Below, one piece after another: positions 58,216-64,000 of a stretch of DNA of 64,000 nucleotides; within the stretch, counting starts at the first letter, position 1, and every line of letters starts with the position of its first letter. Source of the stretch: Thermoplasmata archaeon (GTDB lineage Archaea; Thermoplasmatota; Thermoplasmata; GCA-020350865); the NCBI GenBank assembly GCA_020348445.1, contig CP070751.1, positions 4,537,709 to 4,601,708 on the forward strand, given 5' to 3'. The translations under genes were made by a program, and so were the position numbers. The notes under the pieces were generated by a model, which saw nothing but the letters and a program-made list of their open reading frames with translations, was not told the origin of the DNA and did no database searches.

Positions 58216-60855
58216 ATGATATTCGTTGAAGCATTGTTTGTATTCGTCATAATTGCTCTTATATGGCTCCTTATCACTGCCCTTATTTTTAAAAAGCTCA
58301 ACAAAGCCCGGATTAAAGGTGTGGTTCTTATTTTCCTAGCGTTTATCGCTGTTGCTATAATGATCTTAATTGTGGGCCATTTTTTAGAATATCACGAACA
58401 AAACGAATTCTGTGGTGAGTTTTGTCATGCAATGGAGCCTCAGTATAATAGTTATACTCAGCCTAAAAACAACTCATATATGGAGACACATTACAGAAAA
58501 AATGTTACATGTGCACAATGTCATACAGGACCAGGGTTCGCAGGACAGATAGATTCATATCTTGCTGTTCCCAATGAAATGTGGGGAGAGTACATTGCAG
58601 GATACGATCCCGATGATATGGGAGGCCATGTCCCATCAGAAAATTGCCTCAAAGGCTGCCATGAAGAGGCAGAGGTCGATTGGAAGTTCCAGGGGCCCAT
58701 GCCCAGGGGTGAGGGTTATTTCGAAGTTGACGGAGAAGGCGGGTGGCTTCTTAGGGAGATATACCACCCTTACACCGAAAACGGCACCAACCTAAAAGAA
58801 CTGAGGGAAATTGAGGTATGTCAGGACTGTCACGATGCCAGGGACAACAGTTTCGGCTTTACAGCCGAGGCCTGCCCCCTATGTCATGACGTGGAGCCTG
58901 AAGAGCTCGAGCATCATGGTGAATCCACGTGTGACATGGCAGTTTGCCATAGGGATGAAGCAGGTAATCCCGTTCAGCCCAAGCTTACCGGTCACAATAC
59001 TGTTGAGGACCACTGCATGGTCTGTCACTCCAGAGATCATCCCGATGACGCATTCGTGCCTTATGCAGATGTCATAACCAACTCAAAGGACGTAACCCTT
59101 GAAGTGAACAGTAGTTTTTGCAATGCCTGTCACCATGAAGTGTATGAGGAAGTACGCACCATAAATTCAAAACACTATACTGAAAATGATTGCAAAGACT
59201 GCCATCTCGAGCATAACACGAGGCCTGATTGCCTGCTCTGTCATGAGCAGGGGGGTGAATCGGGACCCGAGCATACTGTAACCTCCCCATTTAACGATTG
59301 TTCAGAATGCCATATTGAAGGGGGGCATAATCCAACCATAATTAGAATACAGGTCCAAAGACCTGACATGGACAGTCGTAACCTTTCAAAATACTTCTGT
59401 AACTCATGCCACAAAGAAGAAGTTTATGACAATTTCGTTTCCGGGACCCTTCACAGCAGGGAGGATTTTACAGAGAATTGTTTGGCATGTCACAATGAGC
59501 ATGATGGAGCAGATGTTGATTGCCTTGAATGTCATAAAAGTGGTGGTTTTGGAGGACTGGCTGATACGCCAGAACATATTATCGCGACACCCTATGATCT
59601 TTGTTTGGATTGTCATACCCAAGGACATATACCCGATATGGTCAATTTCACCTTCTATAAAGATACCTATGGTACACCAATTGAAGATGATTTCTGCGCG
59701 GACTGTCATGCTTCTCAGAAAGCGCAGCTGACAGATTATGGTGCAAATCATGAATCCCAGGATTGTTATTCCTGTCATGAAACACACGCGGATGACGATG
59801 TTGATTGCCTCTCGTGTCACCGTGCAGGAGGTGTCGCCCCGGAACCTTCTCATAACATAGAAAATCAGTATGAGGAGTGCCTTTCATGCCATGAGTCAGG
59901 TCATGCACCCTTAAATGTCACTTTTGGTGTTTCTTCCATAGGTAATGATTTTTGTGCTGATGCATCTTGTCATGGTGGCATAGATGGAATAGTCAATCAA
60001 TTCCAGAATTATGGGAGTCGCCATCAGGAACTCTACCCCGGATGTACTGATAATTGCCATAACTCCCATTCTGTGGATAAGACCTGCAAGGAAGTGTTAT
60101 GTCATTCAAGCCGACCATCAGGACATGCAATCGATTATTCGGTGGATGAATGCCTACAATGCCATGATTCAGCCCATGGACCTGCAAAGTTAGCATCAAG
60201 ACCCGGTCATTCCCTATCCCAAAGAAACTATATGAGTTCCTATTTTACCCTTGACCCAAACAATATGACCAATTCATTTTCATGGACCGAGAGGGGTAAT
60301 CATTCAGTATACAGTAATTGCTTTACCTGTCATTCTGACGCAGAGACCCCCATATATCCTGCTGGTGCTCAAATCCTGATGAATGTCAACAGCACAAATT
60401 GTGCTGGAGGAAGTTGTCATTCCTGGATCAATCCCATAAGCACAGGTGTTCCCTATGACCTTTTTAACTCGGCAACTGAATGGGTGAATCACACAAAAAT
60501 CTTCGATAATGCTACCTATGGAGGGTGTGCAGGGAAGTGCCATCAGAAGGATGTAACCAATCCTGTGTACGACGGCTCAGGGCATGGGATTATCACCAGC
60601 TGCCTCACCGAAGACTGTCATGGTTCAGGATTTCCCGGCAATATTCATACTGATCATATGAACCACGTAGATGGTTTTACAGCAATTACTGGTGTAGGTT
60701 GTGAGGATGTTTGTCACGAGTTGGACCCACAATCAGAGGGGGCACCTATTAACGGGGGATGCTACGATTGCCATAAAAGCGGTCACAATCCCAGTATAAT
60801 GGATATCTCACCATGTTATAACTGTCACGCCAGTAACCAATCCAATCAAGATTGA
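58216..60855 (+). CDS. Membrane-anchored multiheme c-type cytochrome (20 CxxCH + 10 Cx3CH/Cx4CH motifs) with a NapC/NirT-like N-terminus
   Basis: Two N-terminal TM helices, then FCGEFCHAM and TCAQCH as in NapC/NirT. Manual count: 20 CxxCH, 5 Cx3CH, 5 Cx4CH. Confidence 0.92.
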   Translation: MIFVEALFVFVIIALIWLLITALIFKKLNKARIKGVVLIFLAFIAVAIMILIVGHFLEYHEQNEFCGEFCHAMEPQYNSYTQPKNNSYMETHYRKNVTCAQCHTGPGFAGQIDSYLAVPNEMWGEYIAGYDPDDMGGHVPSENCLKGCHEEAEVDWKFQGPMPRGEGYFEVDGEGGWLLREIYHPYTENGTNLKELREIEVCQDCHDARDNSFGFTAEACPLCHDVEPEELEHHGESTCDMAVCHRDEAGNPVQPKLTGHNTVEDHCMVCHSRDHPDDAFVPYADVITNSKDVTLEVNSSFCNACHHEVYEEVRTINSKHYTENDCKDCHLEHNTRPDCLLCHEQGGESGPEHTVTSPFNDCSECHIEGGHNPTIIRIQVQRPDMDSRNLSKYFCNSCHKEEVYDNFVSGTLHSREDFTENCLACHNEHDGADVDCLECHKSGGFGGLADTPEHIIATPYDLCLDCHTQGHIPDMVNFTFYKDTYGTPIEDDFCADCHASQKAQLTDYGANHESQDCYSCHETHADDDVDCLSCHRAGGVAPEPSHNIENQYEECLSCHESGHAPLNVTFGVSSIGNDFCADASCHGGIDGIVNQFQNYGSRHQELYPGCTDNCHNSHSVDKTCKEVLCHSSRPSGHAIDYSVDECLQCHDSAHGPAKLASRPGHSLSQRNYMSSYFTLDPNNMTNSFSWTERGNHSVYSNCFTCHSDAETPIYPAGAQILMNVNSTNCAGGSCHSWINPISTGVPYDLFNSATEWVNHTKIFDNATYGGCAGKCHQKDVTNPVYDGSGHGIITSCLTEDCHGSGFPGNIHTDHMNHVDGFTAITGVGCEDVCHELDPQSEGAPINGGCYDCHKSGHNPSIMDISPCYNCHASNQSNQD
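59113..60180 (+). repeat. Four tandem intragenic copies of a ~75-aa tetraheme module
   Basis: Pattern FCxxCH...H...CxxCHxxH...C(L)xCH...PxH...CxxCH..GH repeats at about 59113, 59395, 59692 and 59950. The fourth copy has widened motifs. Boundaries approximate. Confidence 0.8.
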
Positions 60856-60881
60856 ATTAAAGATATGAGTGTGAATTGATA

Positions 60882-61679
60882 ATGAGTTCAGAATCCGAAA
60901 TCAGAAGGTACGGAAAAGTCGTTGTACTTGAGCACTGGCTGGGTATCCTTATAATATTCTCTCTAATAATCACAGGATTGTTTCTGGTTAGGGATTGGTT
61001 TGTTCATGAATTTCACATATATGGTGCAGAAAATTATGTTCCCACCCCTGGTTTTGCAGATTCACTTCATCTCTATGCCGCTTTGGGAATTCTAATTCTA
61101 GGAGCAATACATCTGATAGCACACGGGGGCCAGAAGGAGAAACCGATTCTACCGAAAAATAGTATGAAGGAACTCAAAGCGGGATTGTATTCTTTGATGT
61201 ATCTTGTCTTCTTGACAAAAAAGCAGGAGAGAGGTAGCGGAGAGAAATATCTAAAGAGCCAAAGAATTATCTATGCATTTACAATTTATGTCCTGGGGCT
61301 TGCCGCGATTACTGGTTTTTTATACTCAATGGGCCTTCTTGGTGACCATATGCAAATTGCACATGTCACGGCCGGTGTTCTTGTGATTCTTATCGCGGTG
61401 CATCGTACTGCTCTGATCATTAGAAAAAGGGATAAGATTGCCTTACGAAGCGTACTTGCCACAGGAACCATGCCTGAATGGTACGTCAAGAAGAATCATA
61501 GGGCATGGTACGAGGAGATTGTAGGAAGAAAAGCCTCTGACTTTAAAGATATTGAAAAAACCAAACCCAAGGGCCAAAAACCTATTGAAGCTAAAGAAAT
61601 AAAAGAAGCCCAGTGTGTATTTGAGGATGGACAAGACAAACAGGAGGTTAATGATAAAAAACCTGCACCTCAGTCCTGA
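60882..61679 (+). CDS. Di-heme cytochrome b membrane protein (FdnI/HyaC-like)
   Basis: Four TM helices with His at LEHWLG, SLHLYAA, AIHL, IAHVTAG and AVHR. EKY..SQR..Y motif before TM3. ATG 60882 preferred. Confidence 0.82.
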   Translation: MSSESEIRRYGKVVVLEHWLGILIIFSLIITGLFLVRDWFVHEFHIYGAENYVPTPGFADSLHLYAALGILILGAIHLIAHGGQKEKPILPKNSMKELKAGLYSLMYLVFLTKKQERGSGEKYLKSQRIIYAFTIYVLGLAAITGFLYSMGLLGDHMQIAHVTAGVLVILIAVHRTALIIRKRDKIALRSVLATGTMPEWYVKKNHRAWYEEIVGRKASDFKDIEKTKPKGQKPIEAKEIKEAQCVFEDGQDKQEVNDKKPAPQS

Positions 61680-61688
61680 ATATAATTC

Positions 61689-62828
61689 TTAGCTTCCACT
61701 ACCATGTGGCTGCACTTCAAATATTACAAAGGTCATTATCCCAAGTAGGCAATAGCATAATGCCAGTATTCCATTTGACAATTTAGGATCAGGAGCTTTT
61801 TCTGCCCTTTTCATTGCGAACTTGCTCCAGCCGAACAGCTTTTTAAAATATTTGCTTCTCATAATTTGTGCTCTATTTATATACATTGGAGCTGCCCAGA
61901 ACAATAGGACTATGAATGAGACATTATCTGCATTGGTCATCTCAAAGGCCTCGGGATTCCAAAGAGCGGGGAATCCTGTCCAGGCCTTATTCCAACCGTA
62001 GAACATACCAGCAACCCACATACCTATAGGAACTGAGGCAATGAAGAACACCAGGAACGTCAATATTACCAGGAATATAAGCAAATCGGGTTTTGAAAAC
62101 AATTTCTGATATAACGTTGTCTGTTCCCATGTATTTTTTTGCTTCAATATCCTGTATCCGAAGACCCCTGCTACTAATCCGGTTCCAAGGAAGAGAAATA
62201 CTGACATAACCATGAGGGCGATATGAATCTTGAATATGGGAGATTCCAAAACTGCCTGAACGTTTGCTGGTGGACCACCGCCCATTCCCCCCTCAAAATA
62301 ATGAAAAGTTATCACCAATTCCCAGCTGTTGCCGGGATCATTCTCAGTGGTTAATCCCATGGGACCTTGTACTGGTAATAAGGAAGAATCTCCAGCTTCA
62401 ATACATGTCACAACCACATCCCAGGTGTCGTTTACAGGTGGTCCTTCCATTGTCCCTTCCTTCATGATGGATATCTCACCACCACTACCACTGTCGCTTT
62501 GCGGCTCACCCATTCCATCGGCTGCCATAATGCTAAATTCATCAGGGTCTGAATCCGCTTCCTCATCGGTCCACGTTAAAACAAACACGATATCAAGAAC
62601 CATGATACTGTCAAGCTCCAATTCTTGCTGTTCCACCAATTCGTCCAAGAGGTTTAGGGTTTTCTCCCATGATGACCCTTCATTTGTATCACCCGAATAC
62701 TCAAGAACTCCTGTTTCAGATTCCGGCTCTCCCCCAGGGTGCCCTGGCTGGGCAACCGCACCAAAATTACCGATGGTGATCATGATTATTATGATGAATA
62801 TCGTAATATAATTGATTACTTTCGCCAT
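61689..62828 (-). CDS. Hypothetical membrane protein (signal/TM, acidic extracellular domain, C-terminal multi-TM region)
   Basis: 379-aa ORF with hydrophobic segments at the N-terminus and about four in the C-terminal half. No family recognised. Confidence 0.65.
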   Translation of the reverse strand: MAKVINYITIFIIIIMITIGNFGAVAQPGHPGGEPESETGVLEYSGDTNEGSSWEKTLNLLDELVEQQELELDSIMVLDIVFVLTWTDEEADSDPDEFSIMAADGMGEPQSDSGSGGEISIMKEGTMEGPPVNDTWDVVVTCIEAGDSSLLPVQGPMGLTTENDPGNSWELVITFHYFEGGMGGGPPANVQAVLESPIFKIHIALMVMSVFLFLGTGLVAGVFGYRILKQKNTWEQTTLYQKLFSKPDLLIFLVILTFLVFFIASVPIGMWVAGMFYGWNKAWTGFPALWNPEAFEMTNADNVSFIVLLFWAAPMYINRAQIMRSKYFKKLFGWSKFAMKRAEKAPDPKLSNGILALCYCLLGIMTFVIFEVQPHGSGS

Positions 62829-62954
62829 CCTATCATCGTAATTTGGAGTAAAGACAATATCTTATAAAAAACTTTCATTGCATTGAGCCTAAAAAACATA
62901 AAATATAAGTAAACATAGGGTATACTTTTGCAGTAACTTACAGGGGGGCCCACA

Positions 62955-64000
62955 ATGAACTCTGAGTTGTATAATAAGATAATAGAGATTGTTGGTGAAG
63001 AATACGTCACTGATAGCGAATTTGAAAAGATATTCTACAGCAGGGATGTATTTCCAATTTCACCTAAAATGCAGGAAGAACTAGGTGCTGCACCCGATAT
63101 TATCGCAAGACCCACCACATCGGAACACGTGTCCCGGATTGTGAAGCTGGCTGCAGAATACATGATCCCCATCGTACCAAGGGGTGGCGCTAGCTGGTGG
63201 TTAGGAGGTTCGGTTCCATATAAGGGGGGCATTGTACTAGATCTCACAAGTATGAACAATATAATCGAGGTGGATGAAGATAACATGACTGTGACAGCGG
63301 AGTGCGGAGTTACATGGAAGGAGGTGGAGGATATTCTAAAAAGGAAATCCTTTTTCCTTGGAACCCGGCCCGGAAGCGCAGCCTCAGCTACAGTTGGTGG
63401 ATGGATCTCAACAGGAGGAGTGGGAATAGGCTCCTACAAATACGGCTCAGTAGGTGATCTTGTCAGGTCATTGGAGGTTGTTCTTCCAAATGGCGAGATA
63501 ATAGAAACAGGTAATAAAAATCTGGCAAACAACGGCTCCGGGTACAACCTCAACTGGTTGTTTGTAGGGGCTGAAGGTACCCTGGGTATAATTACTAAAG
63601 CAACCCTCAAAATGATTCCAAAACCCGAAGAAGGCCCATTTCATGTTTCCTATGCATTCCCTGACATTCATAGCTGTAGCGAAGCCATAAAAAAGATCGT
63701 AACAAGTAGGATCCTTCCCTATCATTTCGCTTTTGGTGACAAAAAGCATTTCGAACTTCTTGCGTCCATGGGCAGGCCCATGCCAAAAGGCGATATCGTT
63801 CTTTGCGTCGCACTTGAAGGTGAGAAAGGGATCATAGATTTCGGCATGCGTAAGCTTGATGAGTTGTTAATTTCAGCAGGTGGAGGAATCAAGTCCTGCG
63901 ACGGTAAATCCCACGATGAATGCGAGGATTGCACAATAGAGTTTCGGGGAAGGGAGGTTGCCGTCTACCCGGTACCAGGTGAGATATTTGTTGGGTTAGA
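62955..64000 (+). CDS. FAD-binding oxidoreductase, GlcD/Dld family (copy 3, partial, runs off the right edge)
   Basis: Not in the ORF track. Manual translation from ATG 62955: MNSELYNKIIEIVGEEYV...PDIIARP...IVPRGGASWWLGGSVP..GGIVLDL..MN...SAASATVGGWISTGGVGIGSYKYG...GAEGTLGIITK. Confidence 0.9.
   Translation, partial: MNSELYNKIIEIVGEEYVTDSEFEKIFYSRDVFPISPKMQEELGAAPDIIARPTTSEHVSRIVKLAAEYMIPIVPRGGASWWLGGSVPYKGGIVLDLTSMNNIIEVDEDNMTVTAECGVTWKEVEDILKRKSFFLGTRPGSAASATVGGWISTGGVGIGSYKYGSVGDLVRSLEVVLPNGEIIETGNKNLANNGSGYNLNWLFVGAEGTLGIITKATLKMIPKPEEGPFHVSYAFPDIHSCSEAIKKIVTSRILPYHFAFGDKKHFELLASMGRPMPKGDIVLCVALEGEKGIIDFGMRKLDELLISAGGGIKSCDGKSHDECEDCTIEFRGREVAVYPVPGEIFVGL

Noticed and set aside
57051-58219. 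Tiny upstream ORFs overlapping the starts of lipS1 (57051-57071) and the cytochrome (58202-58219)
   Set aside because: Both begin ATGGTGA, which simply contains the GGTGA ribosome-binding site, so they are probably by-products of the SD sequence.
1-64000. CRISPR arrays, tRNA/rRNA genes, IS elements or integrases
   Set aside because: No regularly spaced repeats, tRNA cloverleaf/T-loop in intergenic space, or transposase/integrase motifs were seen; the window is almost fully protein-coding.

Overview
Archaeal chromosomal window, probably Thermoplasmatota (inferred from the TFS gene, DUF2070, GGTGA/GGAGG ribosome-binding sites, frequent TTG starts and the style of the secreted proteins). The left ~19 kb holds a 1,729-aa multidomain surface protein, an AbiEi/AbiEii toxin-antitoxin pair, housekeeping genes (DUF2070, SPFH/NfeD, tfs, cutA, SAM hydroxide adenosyltransferase, LysR-type regulator), a membrane-anchored winged-helix regulator and a beta-propeller protein. 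From ~19 kb to the end is a ~45 kb redox supercluster. Its core is an 11-gene translationally coupled heterodisulfide-reductase operon: hdrC-hdrB-hdrC-hdrB-hdrL-mvhD(+wHTH)-hdrA-split hdrA(N)/(C)-mvhD-fdhB-like, with no hydrogenase or formate dehydrogenase catalytic subunit. Interleaved with it is a LipS1/LipS2-type lipoate assembly set (two radical SAM genes, a LipT-like flavoprotein, two lipoate ligases that both seem to start at ATA) and three stand-alone lipoyl carrier proteins. A FAD 2-hydroxyacid-oxidoreductase + HdrD-like CCG protein + LbpA-like module flanks the core on both sides. Also present are OsmC, three UbiA prenyltransferases, a UbiB/ABC1 kinase, and a membrane-anchored cytochrome with up to 30 heme motifs next to a di-heme cytochrome b. 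Leading hypothesis (inference): protein-bound lipoamide serves as the thiol/disulfide shuttle for Hdr-type enzymes in an anaerobic heterotrophic archaeon, in place of CoM-S-S-CoB or DsrC. No rRNA, tRNA, CRISPR array or transposase was recognised.
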